Source: Desulfomonilia bacterium (lineage in GTDB: Bacteria; Desulfobacterota; Desulfomonilia; UBA1062). Taken from it: a DNA stretch of 64,000 nucleotides. This document shows positions 10,895 through 22,129 of the stretch, piece by piece. The DNA is taken from NCBI GenBank assembly GCA_963664325.2, contig CAXXDQ010000004.1:863693-927692 (forward strand), given 5' to 3'. Both the position numbers and the translations under genes were made by a program. The notes beneath the pieces are model-generated. The model made no database searches. It was not told the DNA's origin and saw nothing but the letters and a program-made list of their open reading frames with translations. Position 1 is the first letter of the stretch. Every line of letters starts with the position of its first letter.

Positions 10895-11656
10895 ATGCGA
10901 ATAATCTCATGGAATGTTAACGGGATAAGGTCCGCAGCAAAAAAAGGGCTCATTGAGTGGGTCAACGTGGAACAGCCTGACATTTTATGCCTTCAGGAAA
11001 CAAAAGCAAATCCGGATCAGCTTGAAAAAACCATTCGGGAAATTCCGGGATACTCGAGCTATTTTTCATCAGCCGAGAAGAAAGGCTACAGCGGGGTTGC
11101 GCTGTATACGAAGAAGCAACCTTTGACAATCCTCTATGGAATGGGCATTCCGAGGTTTGATTCCGAAGGCCGGATGATTATCGCAGAATATGACGAATTC
11201 TTTATTTTCAATGTCTATTTCCCGAACGGCAAGCAATCGCAGGAGAGGCTTGCCTATAAAATGGAATATTATGATTCTTTTCTTGAAACTGCAAAAGGCT
11301 ACCTGGCAAAAGGGAAAGGTATTATTGTCTGCGGGGACGTGAATACGGCACATACCGCCATTGACCTGGCAAGGCCGAAAGAAAACGAGAAGGTATCGGG
11401 ATTTCTGCCGGAAGAAAGGGCATGGATAGACAAATTCATAAAAACGGGGTTTGTCGATACTTTAAGGATGTTCGTTCCTGAAGGCGGCCATTACACATGG
11501 TGGGATATAAAAACTGGCGCCAGGGCCAGAAATGTTGGCTGGAGGATCGATTATTTCTTTTCCGATGAAGCCTTTTCAAAGAAGATAGAAAATTCATTTA
11601 TTCTGCAGGATGTTATGGGTTCGGATCATTGCCCCATAGGAATAGAAATAAATTAA
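10895..11656 (+). CDS. xth: Exodeoxyribonuclease III (AP endonuclease)
   Basis: [32 protein letters not shown]. Confidence 0.96.
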   Translation: MRIISWNVNGIRSAAKKGLIEWVNVEQPDILCLQETKANPDQLEKTIREIPGYSSYFSSAEKKGYSGVALYTKKQPLTILYGMGIPRFDSEGRMIIAEYDEFFIFNVYFPNGKQSQERLAYKMEYYDSFLETAKGYLAKGKGIIVCGDVNTAHTAIDLARPKENEKVSGFLPEERAWIDKFIKTGFVDTLRMFVPEGGHYTWWDIKTGARARNVGWRIDYFFSDEAFSKKIENSFILQDVMGSDHCPIGIEIN

Positions 11657-11795
11657 GACTCAGAAGACTATTTCAGGATTTTTGATTTTGATAATTGAAA
11701 CAACATGGCAGTTGAGTTAGTATCCTGATACATCATGATTGAACCTTTGAATTAAACATGAAGCCTAAAACCATTTACAAAAGAGGGGGTTATAC

Positions 11796-13010
11796 ATGAA
11801 AAAGATATCGATTATTCCGGCCTCATTACTGATGGTGCTTATTCTGGCAGCATCTTCTCTGGCAGTGGAATTCAGAGTAGGCAGCACGGATTTGAATATC
11901 GGCGGGAGCGCCCGACTTGATGCAGGCTGGGAGTATAACGATGAAGGTGACGTTGCACCCGGCCAATCAGGCTCAAACTCGAGCATGTTTGTCACAATAC
12001 CTTCAGATACAAATATTAATTTAAGGGCAAAAAATGGGAACCTGCTCGGATATGCGGAATTAGGCCTTTCCAATCCGCATCAGAACATCAATAACTCTAC
12101 AAGCATCACAAATCTCCAGGACAAGGGCGCAGTAAGAATCAGGTATATTTATGGTCAGTATGCCTTTAACAGCAACAGCGAGCTGTTAATAGGACAGACG
12201 GATTGCATGTTCAGCCAGCTGACACCAAAGCAGTATCTGTATGACGATAACGGATTGCAGGGGTTCGGTGTAGTGCTGTCCGACAGGTATCCCCAAATAC
12301 GCTATACCTACAAGCAGAGCAGGTTCACGGCCCAGATAGCCCTCCAGCAGCCTGTGACCGATAATCCTGAAGATTTCAAGCTGTTTTATGACTATGAGGC
12401 AAACGTGATACTTCCGGCCGTTGTCGGAAGCCTTACATATATGATCAACAACGACATCTCGGTTATCCCGAACTTTTATTTTCAGTATTACAAGTTAAAG
12501 ACCGATGAGCAAGCTGCACCGGATGATATCGATGTCACAACATTCGGCCTTTGCGTCAATGCGCAGGCTAAGGTCAACATGGTTAACCTGACAGGCGGAA
12601 TATGGTGGGGAGTCAACCTGGGAATATTCGGAAATGACAAACGGTTTAATCTCTCAGGCAGTTCAACAATATTTGGAGCGCCTGTGGGCAACGAATATGC
12701 CGAGTCAGGAAACTCAACAAATATCAAAAACAATCAGAGCTACGGCGGCTGGATTCAGGCGGCGGCCAATGCAGGGCCGGGCCTTCTCAGGGCAGGCATA
12801 GGAGGCCAGAGGGCCCAGACAGGGGTTACTGATCATGGCTATACGGAAAACATTTATACCTGGGCTATGTTTGCCAACTATACTTATACGTTGGTTAAAA
12901 ATTTCACGATAGCCCCGGAAATAGTATTTATGAACAACGGTTATGATGTTGACCGCAGCAACCTTGGAAACACAACCCTTGTAGGGGCGCATTTCCAGTA
13001 CGATTTTTAA
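11796..13010 (+). CDS. Outer-membrane porin (DcaP-like beta-barrel)
   Basis: Signal peptide, amphipathic beta-strands, RYPQIRY motif, C-terminal QYDF. Confidence 0.75.
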   Translation: MKKISIIPASLLMVLILAASSLAVEFRVGSTDLNIGGSARLDAGWEYNDEGDVAPGQSGSNSSMFVTIPSDTNINLRAKNGNLLGYAELGLSNPHQNINNSTSITNLQDKGAVRIRYIYGQYAFNSNSELLIGQTDCMFSQLTPKQYLYDDNGLQGFGVVLSDRYPQIRYTYKQSRFTAQIALQQPVTDNPEDFKLFYDYEANVILPAVVGSLTYMINNDISVIPNFYFQYYKLKTDEQAAPDDIDVTTFGLCVNAQAKVNMVNLTGGIWWGVNLGIFGNDKRFNLSGSSTIFGAPVGNEYAESGNSTNIKNNQSYGGWIQAAANAGPGLLRAGIGGQRAQTGVTDHGYTENIYTWAMFANYTYTLVKNFTIAPEIVFMNNGYDVDRSNLGNTTLVGAHFQYDF

Positions 13011-13037
13011 TTGGAAATACCTGATTTGTTTATGCTT

Positions 13038-13071
13038 AAACCCGGTGAATGGAACACTTCACCGGGTTTTT
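13038..13071 (+). terminator. Intrinsic terminator
   Basis: aaacccggtgaa...ttcaccgggttttt. Confidence 0.8.
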
Positions 13072-13130
13072 ATATTCCAATATTGCCAAGTTAATCCTTT
13101 GTATATATATCCCTGCTGACAGGAGGGTAT

Positions 13131-14540
13131 ATGTCTGACGAAAACAGCAGCACAACTATGGCGGATCTCTTGAAGGAATATGATAAGAAAGAGAAGAAAA
13201 GACTCCATGTAGGTGACAAGGCAAGGGTGGAAATTATTTCTATCAGCAAGGATACGGTATTTGTAGATACCGGCATGAAGATAGACGGTACGGTTGAGAT
13301 TGCCGAGCTTTTGGATGAAAACGGCAGCCTGCCTTACAGCATTGGCGATGTTCTGGAGCTCTATGTGATGTCAGTTCGCTCAAGGGGTATTGTCCTGTCA
13401 CGCGCCTTGTCAGGTATAGGCGGACTGAATATGCTTGAGGAAGCCCACGAAAAAAGCATCCCGGTTGAGGGCAAGGTGAAGTCGGTCGTTAAGGGCGGTC
13501 TTGAGGTTGAGGTGATGAAGAGGCGCACATTCTGCCCTGCAAGCCAGGTCGATATCAAATATGCAGGCAACCTGGAAGATTTTGTCGGCAAGACTTTCAA
13601 CTTTCTGATCACTGAATTCGCCGAGGAAGGCAAAAATATAATCCTGTCGAGGAGGATTCTGCTTGAGCAGGAGCAGGAAAAGACCAAGACAGCCTTCAGG
13701 CAGGAGCTTGCCGAAGGCTCAACGATAACCGGTCGTGTGGTAAGGCTGATGCCTTTCGGGGCTTTTGTTGAACTGACACCGGGAATTGAAGGCCTTATTC
13801 CCATCTCCGAACTTGGATGGGCGCGAGTGGAAAAGGTCGAGGATCTGCTTCACGAAGGCGATATGGTTACGGCGAAAATAACTGCCCTTACGCCAGAGAA
13901 GATCACCCTTTCACTCAAACAGGTGTCCGCCGATCCGTGGGACAGCGTATCGGAACGCTATTCAACAGGCCAAAAGCTCAGAGGCAAGGTTACGCGCCTG
14001 GCCAAATTCGGCGCTTTTGTGGAACTGGAGCCCGGGATTGAGGGACTGGTTCATATCAGTGAGATGAGCTATCTTAAGCGGATAAACAATCCCTCCGAAA
14101 TTGCCAATCCCGGAGATATTGTTGATGTAATGATAAAAGAAGTTGACGGAGAAAACCGCAAGATATCATTAAGCATAAAAGACGCCGAGGGCGATCCATG
14201 GATAGGTATTGACGATAAATATCCTCTTGGCAAGCCTGTTACGGGTATGGTCGAGAAAAAGGAACGGTTCGGATGGTTCATTCAACTTGAGCCGGGGATT
14301 ACAGGCCTTATGCCCAAGTCTAGGATAGATAAGGTGCCTGATCCGTCTGCAATCGAAAAGCTTTCTGCAGGGGACAGGATTGTTGTCAAGGCCGAAGAGA
14401 TAAATTCGACTGAGCGAAAAATAACCCTTGCCCCCGCGGGAGAGGCCGATGACGACTGGAGACAGTATGCAACCGAAACGAAGGTCATGAGCCCTCTTGC
14501 TGCAAAACTGCAGGCGGCCATGGACAAAAAGAAAAAATAG
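13131..14540 (+). CDS. rpsA: 30S ribosomal protein S1 or S1 paralogue
   Basis: Tandem S1 domains (FGAFVEL.PGIEGL repeats), 469 aa. Confidence 0.8.
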   Translation: MSDENSSTTMADLLKEYDKKEKKRLHVGDKARVEIISISKDTVFVDTGMKIDGTVEIAELLDENGSLPYSIGDVLELYVMSVRSRGIVLSRALSGIGGLNMLEEAHEKSIPVEGKVKSVVKGGLEVEVMKRRTFCPASQVDIKYAGNLEDFVGKTFNFLITEFAEEGKNIILSRRILLEQEQEKTKTAFRQELAEGSTITGRVVRLMPFGAFVELTPGIEGLIPISELGWARVEKVEDLLHEGDMVTAKITALTPEKITLSLKQVSADPWDSVSERYSTGQKLRGKVTRLAKFGAFVELEPGIEGLVHISEMSYLKRINNPSEIANPGDIVDVMIKEVDGENRKISLSIKDAEGDPWIGIDDKYPLGKPVTGMVEKKERFGWFIQLEPGITGLMPKSRIDKVPDPSAIEKLSAGDRIVVKAEEINSTERKITLAPAGEADDDWRQYATETKVMSPLAAKLQAAMDKKKK

Positions 14541-14554
14541 CCCTGGAGGATCTT

Positions 14555-14935
14555 ATGGAAAAAAAGACCTATATGGTTGAAGGACTGCCTCATGTCGGAC
14601 CGTATTCAAATGTTGCTGAGGCAGGCGGCTTTCTGTTCGTATCAGGAACTCTTCCGGTTGACACAACAAATAATATATCCATCAAGGACAGTGTTTCACA
14701 AGCCACAGAACTTATTCTGAAAAATATTAAAAAGGCGCTTGATGAGTGCGGAAGCTCGATTGACAGAGTTGTTAAAACGACGGTCTTTTTAAAGGACATG
14801 GCGGATTTTAATGAAATGAATGAAGCATATAAGAACTTCTTCCCGGTTGCGCCACCTTCAAGAAGCTGTGTTGCAGTAAAGTCCATACCAGGTGATTACC
14901 CTGTTGAGATTGAAGCGATAGCTCTTAAGAAATAA
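14555..14935 (+). CDS. ridA: RidA/YjgF enamine-imine deaminase
   Basis: GPYS, VKTTVFLKDMADF..MNE.Y, PPSRSCV, VEIEAIA. Confidence 0.92.
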   Translation: MEKKTYMVEGLPHVGPYSNVAEAGGFLFVSGTLPVDTTNNISIKDSVSQATELILKNIKKALDECGSSIDRVVKTTVFLKDMADFNEMNEAYKNFFPVAPPSRSCVAVKSIPGDYPVEIEAIALKK

Positions 14936-14958
14936 AATTTTGTTTTTTTAAATGTATA

Positions 14959-14988
14959 AAAAAAGGCGGGCAATTGCCCGCCTTTTTT
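14959..14988. terminator. Bidirectional intrinsic terminator
   Basis: aaaaaaggcgggcaattgcccgcctttttt between convergent genes. Confidence 0.88.
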
Positions 14989-15006
14989 GTTCTTCAGTAG
15001 TACTGA

Positions 15007-17424
15007 TTACCTGACATCCTTCGGAATTCTCATTCCATAGAAGGACCTGTAAACAAAGAATACTGCTACGGCGAGGAATGCAATGCCTATGTACTGTGCC
15101 GTACCCTGTAGCGTTGGAACAATAGCGATTTCCATTGCAAGCAGTCCGAACAGTGTTGTGAACTTGATGATCGGGTTAAGAGCGACTGAGGAGGTATCTT
15201 TGAACGGGTCGCCTACCGTGTCGCCGACAACCGCTGCCTTGTGGAGTTCAGTGCCTTTTTCCTTAAGGTCGACTTCAACGACCTTCTTGGCATTGTCCCA
15301 GCATCCGCCGGCATTGGCCATAAAGATTGCCTGGAACAGACCGAATATGGCGATCGATATCAGATAGCTTACAAACAGACTGACGGTGTTGTTGTCGTTT
15401 GCCGTTGGTGCTGAAAGGAATGCAAATGCAAGCGCAAAGCAGAAGATCGCTATAAAGATATTGATCATACCTTTTTGGGCATACTGTGTGCAGATCTTGA
15501 CGACTTCCTTGGAGTTTTCTGTGGAAGCGCTCAGGGATGCATTCTCGTCAAGATTGATGTTGTCTTTGATGTATATAACGGCGCGGTATGCACCTGTTGT
15601 AACAGCCTGGGTGGAAGCGCCGGTGAACCAGTAAATTACGCACCCGCCGCAGAGCAGTCCGATAAGGGTATAGGGATTAAGCAGGTTGAGAATCATCTCG
15701 GGCTCAACTCCGAGGGCCTTCTTAAGAAGAAGGATAAGAGAGAAAATCATTGTCGTGGCTCCGACTACCGCCGTACCGATAAGAACGGGTTTTGCCGTTG
15801 CCTTGAATGTATTTCCCGCACTGTCGTTTGCCTCGAGGTGATGTTTTGCGGTATCCATTGCTGGTTTGAAGCCGAAATCCTTCTCGATATCCTTTTCAAT
15901 ATTCGGGATGGATTCGATCAAAGAAAGCTCATAGACTGACTGCGCATTGTCGGTAACCGGTCCGTACGAGTCGACAGCTATTGTGACCGGGCCCATGCCG
16001 AGCATACCGAATGCGACAAGACCGAATGCAAAGACCGAAGGATAGCCCATGAAATCGGCCAGTCCGGCGGTGCTTGTAATGTATGCTATGAACATCAGAA
16101 CGGTAATAGCTGCGCCCAGCCAGAATGCAGCGAAATTACCGGCGACAAAACCGGAAAGGATGTCAAGAGCCGCTCCGCCTTCACGGGCTGCCGTAACTAC
16201 TTCGTCACAATGCCTTGACTTGGAGCTTGTGAATGCCTTGACAAGTTCCGGAATGATGGCAGCGGCTAAAGTTCCGCAGCTGATGATGATGGAAAGCTTC
16301 CACCACAATCCGTTTGCATAACCGCCGAGCTGCCATTTGCTGACTGCGAATGTTACCAAAATAGAAATTATTGATGTAATCCATACAAGTACCGTAAGAG
16401 GCTTTTCGAAATCGGCCTCTTCCTTGTTGTCTTTCATGATTGCATTGGTAGGGATCTTGTTGATCAGGAAGGATCCGATGGAGGTTATGATCATGAGAAC
16501 GCGCATAATGAATATCCAGATAAGCATTTCAGCCTGATAGTCGGGCAGAACCGACAGCAGGATGAAGCTGATAAGTGCAACGCCGGTAACGCCGTATGTT
16601 TCGAAACCGTCGGCGGTAGGCCCTACGCTGTCGCCAGCATTGTCGCCTGTACAGTCGGCAATAACACCGGGGTTTCTCGGGTCGTCTTCCTTGATTGTGA
16701 AGAATATCTTCATCAGGTCGGAGCCGATATCGGCAATTTTTGTGAATATACCGCCGCAGATCCTGAGAACGCTTGCGCCGAGTGATTCACCGATTGCAAA
16801 ACCGATAAATGCCGGGCCTGCAACGTCGCTCGGGAGGAAAAGAAGAATAAGGAGCATCATGATAAGCTCAACGCAGATAAGAAGAACGCCGATCGACATC
16901 CCTGCATTGAGAGGAATATTAAGAAGTTTGCTGGGCTTGCCTTCGAGAGAGGCAAAAGCCATACGGCTGTTGGCAAGCGTGTTCATCCTGATGCCGAACC
17001 ATGCGACACTGTAGGAGCCCAATATACCAAGAACAGAAGCAATGAGGACTATTGCGACATTACCGGCCGGCATATGTACGAGGAAACCGAAATAGAAAAG
17101 GATGCATACGCCAATGAAGACTTCAAGCAGTATTAGGAATTTTCCCTGCTGCAGCAGATAAGTCTTACATGTCTGGAAAATGATTTCCGAAACATCAAGC
17201 ATTGCCTTATGAGCAGGCATAGCCTTAACCTTGCTGTACATGATCAAGCCGAAAATCATACCCAGCACGCAAATGCCAAGACCTATGTAAAGCCATAATT
17301 TGCCTGCTTCCGGGAGTTCCGGAACGATCAGCTCGGCCTCGGACGCAAAAAGCTGCGAGGAAGCGAGCACGCCGATGAGCGTAAGCATGAATACGCTCAG
17401 AAAATGATTAAGCCTTTTACCCAT
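15007..17424 (-). CDS. hppA: Membrane-bound ion-translocating pyrophosphatase, divergent long type
   Basis: GGIFTKIADIGSD, EDDPRNPGVIADCTGDNAGD, DSYGPVTDNA, GNTFKATAK, GDTVGDPFKDTS; 805 aa, many TM helices. Confidence 0.93.
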   Translation of the reverse strand: MGKRLNHFLSVFMLTLIGVLASSQLFASEAELIVPELPEAGKLWLYIGLGICVLGMIFGLIMYSKVKAMPAHKAMLDVSEIIFQTCKTYLLQQGKFLILLEVFIGVCILFYFGFLVHMPAGNVAIVLIASVLGILGSYSVAWFGIRMNTLANSRMAFASLEGKPSKLLNIPLNAGMSIGVLLICVELIMMLLILLFLPSDVAGPAFIGFAIGESLGASVLRICGGIFTKIADIGSDLMKIFFTIKEDDPRNPGVIADCTGDNAGDSVGPTADGFETYGVTGVALISFILLSVLPDYQAEMLIWIFIMRVLMIITSIGSFLINKIPTNAIMKDNKEEADFEKPLTVLVWITSIISILVTFAVSKWQLGGYANGLWWKLSIIISCGTLAAAIIPELVKAFTSSKSRHCDEVVTAAREGGAALDILSGFVAGNFAAFWLGAAITVLMFIAYITSTAGLADFMGYPSVFAFGLVAFGMLGMGPVTIAVDSYGPVTDNAQSVYELSLIESIPNIEKDIEKDFGFKPAMDTAKHHLEANDSAGNTFKATAKPVLIGTAVVGATTMIFSLILLLKKALGVEPEMILNLLNPYTLIGLLCGGCVIYWFTGASTQAVTTGAYRAVIYIKDNINLDENASLSASTENSKEVVKICTQYAQKGMINIFIAIFCFALAFAFLSAPTANDNNTVSLFVSYLISIAIFGLFQAIFMANAGGCWDNAKKVVEVDLKEKGTELHKAAVVGDTVGDPFKDTSSVALNPIIKFTTLFGLLAMEIAIVPTLQGTAQYIGIAFLAVAVFFVYRSFYGMRIPKDVR

Positions 17425-17678
17425 GATAATATCTCCTTTAAATTAAGTTCATCTTTGTTTTTGAGAAGTTAAGAAATCTAGTTAAAACCGCTAAGTTGGT
17501 ATCACAGCACCTGACCAGTGTCAAGGAGTTAAATTCTTATGAAAACAATCAAAATATCCCACGGATGCTGATAGATCCAGAACAAATCGGACATAGAAAA
17601 TTCTGAATCACAATTCATTAGGAGTAGCTCATGTGAAATAATTTGACTTGAAATCTACCATTCATATATTTAGGGCCA

Positions 17679-18836
17679 ATGAAAAGAAGAATCCTGAAAA
17701 CCTCTTTAACGGTTCTGATTGGATTACTGTTATCGGGATTTTTATTTTCTAATGATGACAGCAGTTCGAGAAAAACTGTCGGTGTGATATTACCTCTGAG
17801 CGGCAAGTTCAGGCCCATTGGATTAAAAATGCTTAAGGGTGTTGAGCTGGCATCCAATGTATATACCAATGAAGGTACACAAAAAATAGAATTTATAATC
17901 CGTGATTATGGAAGTGACGATTCAAGGCTTGGCGATATAATTGAAGATATGGATCGAAACAATAACATGATCGCGGTTATGGGGCCTATGGGTACGCAGG
18001 CGTGCAGGACTGCCTTGAAAAAAGGGATACCGACATTTATCTATTCCAAGGAAAATCTGGCACCAAGGGAAAACTCGTGCTGCTATGGAAATTATCTCAC
18101 AATCGGGACTCAGGCCAGCACCCTTTTAAGGACGGCCAGAAATCAGGGGATAAAGCGCTTTGCCCTGCTTAGTCCCGCAGATGCATTCGGCAGAACTTTC
18201 AGGGATGTTTTCATAAAAACAGCGCCTCAGTATGATATAGAGATTATATTTTCACAGGAATACAAGGATGATACAAAGGATTTTTCAGGCGTTGTGAAGA
18301 TTTTCAAGGATACGATCAGGAAACAGAAAAGGCCTGCAAAGCAGAAGACCGTCAACAAACAAATCCCGCCTGTTGAAGCGGTTATGATACCTGACACGGC
18401 AATAAATGCATCTACGATCGCCGCTTATTTTCCTTATAACGGCATTAAAGATATTAAGCTTTTCGGGACCGACCTCTGGGACACACCGGATTTTATAAGA
18501 CTTGGCGGAAAGAATATTGAAGGGGCCTTTTTCGTCAGCGGATTCTACGCCGACAGTTCATCTTTAAGGGTTAGAGATTTTGTTTCTTCCTTCAGGACTA
18601 CATTTGATTCATTGCCGACGATATGGGAAGCAAGTGCCTATGATACGGCCTGCATAATCAGGCAAATGATAGGAAAAGGTTATGATTCGAGGAGCGAACT
18701 CAATGAGGCTGTCTCATCCTTAAAAGACTACCAGGGAGTAACAGGTATAATATCGTTTTATAATGACGGATCTACCCTTAAAGAGATAACCGTTCTCACG
18801 GTAAGGGACGGAAATATAACAGAGGTAATACAGTGA
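17679..18836 (+). CDS. Periplasmic-binding-fold protein, LpoA-like PBP activator family
   Basis: VGVILPLSG, AYDTA, YQGVTGIISF; N-terminal signal anchor; overlaps bamD. Confidence 0.7.
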   Translation: MKRRILKTSLTVLIGLLLSGFLFSNDDSSSRKTVGVILPLSGKFRPIGLKMLKGVELASNVYTNEGTQKIEFIIRDYGSDDSRLGDIIEDMDRNNNMIAVMGPMGTQACRTALKKGIPTFIYSKENLAPRENSCCYGNYLTIGTQASTLLRTARNQGIKRFALLSPADAFGRTFRDVFIKTAPQYDIEIIFSQEYKDDTKDFSGVVKIFKDTIRKQKRPAKQKTVNKQIPPVEAVMIPDTAINASTIAAYFPYNGIKDIKLFGTDLWDTPDFIRLGGKNIEGAFFVSGFYADSSSLRVRDFVSSFRTTFDSLPTIWEASAYDTACIIRQMIGKGYDSRSELNEAVSSLKDYQGVTGIISFYNDGSTLKEITVLTVRDGNITEVIQ

Positions 18837-19498
18837 ATAGAGCAATGCAGTACAATCTTGTTTGTTATTCGGGTATGATGTTACTTGTTTTTTTTATCGT
18901 CTCGGGATGTGCTCATACCCCTGACAAGGAACTCCCTGTCGATGTCCTGTATAAACAGGCTCAGGATTTTGCAAAGGGAGGCAGGGTTGAAAAGGCATCA
19001 GAGGCTTATATGAAAGTCAGGACATTCTATCCTGGAAACGACCTTGCGAAACAGTCTCTGCTGGAACTCTCCGACCTTTATTATAAAAATGAAGAGTATG
19101 TTTCCGCCTTGAACAGCTATCAGGAGTTCAGGATGCTTTATCCTACTGATGCGAAATCCGAATACTGCATGTTCAGGTCGGCAATGTGCCATTTCAGGCA
19201 GATATTGACCATAGACAGGGACCAGTCAGAGACAATCAAATCAATTAAATCTTTTGAAGATTTCCTTCGCATGTACCCCAACTCGACTTATGCGAGTGAG
19301 GCTAATGAAGACCTTAAGAAATCAAAAACAGTACTGGCAAAAAACGGGATATATATCGGGAAATTCTATATGAAGAAAAAGAAATGGCATGAAGCTGCTT
19401 GCAAGAGATTTAATGAGGTGAAGAAAGGCTTTCCTGGTCTAGGCCTGGATGAGGAGCTTGATAAACTTATTGAGCAGTCCTGCGGTGCTAAGAAGTAG
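18833..19498 (+). CDS. bamD: Outer membrane protein assembly factor BamD
   Basis: Lipobox VSG-C, TPR repeats, YQEFRMLYP, DRDQSET, YPNSTYA, YIGKFY. Confidence 0.88.
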   Translation: MNRAMQYNLVCYSGMMLLVFFIVSGCAHTPDKELPVDVLYKQAQDFAKGGRVEKASEAYMKVRTFYPGNDLAKQSLLELSDLYYKNEEYVSALNSYQEFRMLYPTDAKSEYCMFRSAMCHFRQILTIDRDQSETIKSIKSFEDFLRMYPNSTYASEANEDLKKSKTVLAKNGIYIGKFYMKKKKWHEAACKRFNEVKKGFPGLGLDEELDKLIEQSCGAKK

Positions 19499-21354
19499 GG
19501 CAGAGTTTCCTGTTGTCTCCCACTCTTAAGGTCAGCCTTATCCTGTCAAGGTATTCCATATAGGGTATTGCATATTTTCGGCTGACCCCGGTAATCATTT
19601 TCATATCTGTCGGATTCATGGTGCCTTTCTCTTTCAGGAATGCCCTTATCTTGTCTTTAAGGTGAGCCTCATTTTCATCAGTGAGGAAAATATCATCCTT
19701 GATCCTGAACAACCTGCCTTCCCTGACCATAAACGAAAGAATTCCAGTGAGCTTCTTCATATCAACCCCCAGCTTTTCCGAAATTTCCGCAGGGCCGGGA
19801 GGTTCAAGGCCGGCTTTGTTGAGAAGCATGTATATGCTCGTTGTGGTATCTTTATCATTTCCGAGGGACGCGTTGAAATCTTTCATCCTGATATTCGGTC
19901 CATCCTCGATAACAGCCTGGTTTTTTATCATATCGGTCAGGGCTTTATGGAATAGTTTGGAATTGGCTTTTGCCTTGATGGAGGATCTGAGATGTTCCTT
20001 TGATATTCCCGGTGATGATGGATTTGCTTCGTGATAACCTGCAACGGAACTGGAAATTATATTTTTCAGCACGGCCAGATGTCTGGAACTCACATATGTA
20101 TCATTCTGGGTATCAAATCTTACAATCTCATTTCTTGTCTGAAGTTCCTGCAGGAGCTTTTCAATTGCTTGAGAGTTGTCAGCCAGGTGTGCCTGAAGAG
20201 TATTTTTGGATATACCCGACAGGCCCGAATCCGAAACAAGACCAGGGATTACCCTTGATAGATTGCCGCTCATAAGCTCAACTGCAATTTCGGCTGAAAA
20301 TCTTCTTAACGGATACGGGTTTATGACCTTCCCTCCCCCTAATGTTGCACCCGGGGAAATGCTTCTGATAATAAATCTGTTGCCTACGGATGCAATAACT
20401 GGATCTTTCAGCCTGATGCGTGCAACTGTCTTATCTCCGGAACTGTACAGGTTCATATTGCCGTCGACCTCGGCAGTACCTGTATAGAACCTTATTCCTC
20501 CTTTACCGGGCTGTTTTATGAGCCTGAGCTCGGCATCGATAACTCGTGTTGGCTTGAAAATGCCTGCTGGAACAAGCCATTGTCCCCTGGCAATTTCCTC
20601 CCGGTCTATCCCCTGCAGGTTTATTGCCGTTCTCATGCCTGCGGCAGCAGTTTCCACACTCTCGGAATGTATCTGTATGCTCCTTATTTTTGCCTTGATG
20701 CCTGAAGGCAGTATCTCCACATCCTGACCTTCTGCAAAGGTGCCTTTGGCCAGTGTCCCGGTTACAACCGTTCCAAAACCTTTAATGGTGAACACCCTGT
20801 CAATCGGAAGAAATGCAATGCCTGAATTGTTTCTTTCCTTTGCCTCAAGCACTTCTTTTTCAAGTACTTGAAGCAGTCTGTCGAGTCCGAAACCGGTAAC
20901 GGAGCTTACAGGAATGACCGGCGTATCCTTTAGGAAAGTGCCTTCGAGGAATGATTTGACATCTGAAACGGCTAGATCAAGAAGGTCTTCGTCGACCATG
21001 TCGGTTTTAGTAAGTGCAACGACTCCCTTTTCAATCCCCAGGAGTTCGCATATCTGGACATGTTCGACAGTCTGGGGCATGACCCCTTCATCGGCTGCGA
21101 CAATCAATATTACAAGGTCAATACCGGAGGCACCAGAAAGCATATGGCGTATGAATTTGACATGCCCCGGGACATCGACAACGCCGACTCTTTCCCCTGA
21201 CGGCAGGGACCAGGGAGGCGAATCCCAGCTCAATTGTCAGCCCTCTTTCCTTCTCCTCCTTGAGCCTGTCGCAGTCAATTCCTGTCAGAGCTTTAATGAG
21301 TGACGTCTTTCCGTGGTCGACATGACCGGCAGTTCCGATTACTATTCGTTTCAT
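19488..21354 (-). CDS. selB: Selenocysteine-specific elongation factor (single frameshift at about 21210)
   Basis: [45 protein letters not shown]-terminal winged helix [13 protein letters not shown]. Confidence 0.93.
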
Positions 21355-21481
21355 TCTTTAACGGATATACCTTCTGAAAGCGGGTTCGTCAATTGAGCCT
21401 TTCTTGCCTCCGGTCTCAATAGATTCATTATTCAGAGGGAAAATGCCGTTAACAGAAACAGGAAAACCAGGAGGTTTTATT

Positions 21482-22093
21482 ATGTCCAGGATATCTGTTG
21501 CATTACTTTTGACATTGATCTTTTCAACCCTCGGATATGCCGCCGAGGCGGACACGTTCAGGAATCCATGCGCCGGCATCAGCATAACAAAACCGGCGGA
21601 ATGGTATTATATGAGCATCGATCAGAATTATGAAAATCTGAAGAATTCAAAGATGAAGGATGAAGATTTGAAAAAGATGTCTCTGAAATTGGCCGATGTG
21701 CCGATGATTGTCATCATGAAATATCCGGAACCTTATAAAAACCTGAATCCGACATTGAAAATCGATGTGAAACCGGCGGGAGACTACAAGGGAACAGATC
21801 CCAGAAAGATTCTATCGGCAATGACCGCTTCCATGGGAGAATTTTTTGATGGTTTTAAGATCATAAAAGGACCGGCTGAAACCAAACTTGATGGAATGGC
21901 CGGGGCCTATATCCGTTTCAATACAATCATGAAAATGGAGAGCGGACAGTCATACCCGTCATGTTCTGAAATATGGATAATCCCGCGCGGCGATCACATG
22001 TTCATGTTCAGTGCAAACACGAGGCAGGATGAGAAGAACTGCAAGAGAGATGAAATACGAAAGATCATAGATACAATAAAGATTGAAAAATAG
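21482..22093 (+). CDS. Exported hypothetical protein (possibly PsbP/DcrB-like fold)
   Basis: GGAGG RBS before ATG 21482; signal peptide ending GYA-A; GISITKPAEW and terminal IIDTIKI pattern. Confidence 0.6.
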   Translation: MSRISVALLLTLIFSTLGYAAEADTFRNPCAGISITKPAEWYYMSIDQNYENLKNSKMKDEDLKKMSLKLADVPMIVIMKYPEPYKNLNPTLKIDVKPAGDYKGTDPRKILSAMTASMGEFFDGFKIIKGPAETKLDGMAGAYIRFNTIMKMESGQSYPSCSEIWIIPRGDHMFMFSANTRQDEKNCKRDEIRKIIDTIKIEK

Positions 22094-22094
22094 A

Positions 22095-22124
22095 AAATGG
22101 ACGGGAAATTTTCCCGTCCATTTT
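22095..22124. terminator. Bidirectional intrinsic terminator
   Basis: Perfect palindrome aaaatggacgggaaattttcccgtccatttt. Confidence 0.88.
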
Positions 22125-22129
22125 AAGGG

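Noticed and set aside
21200-21235. Programmed frameshift in selB (and similarly in serC at about 22840)
   Set aside because: No clear slippery heptamer with a downstream structure; the pattern matches window-wide indel noise.
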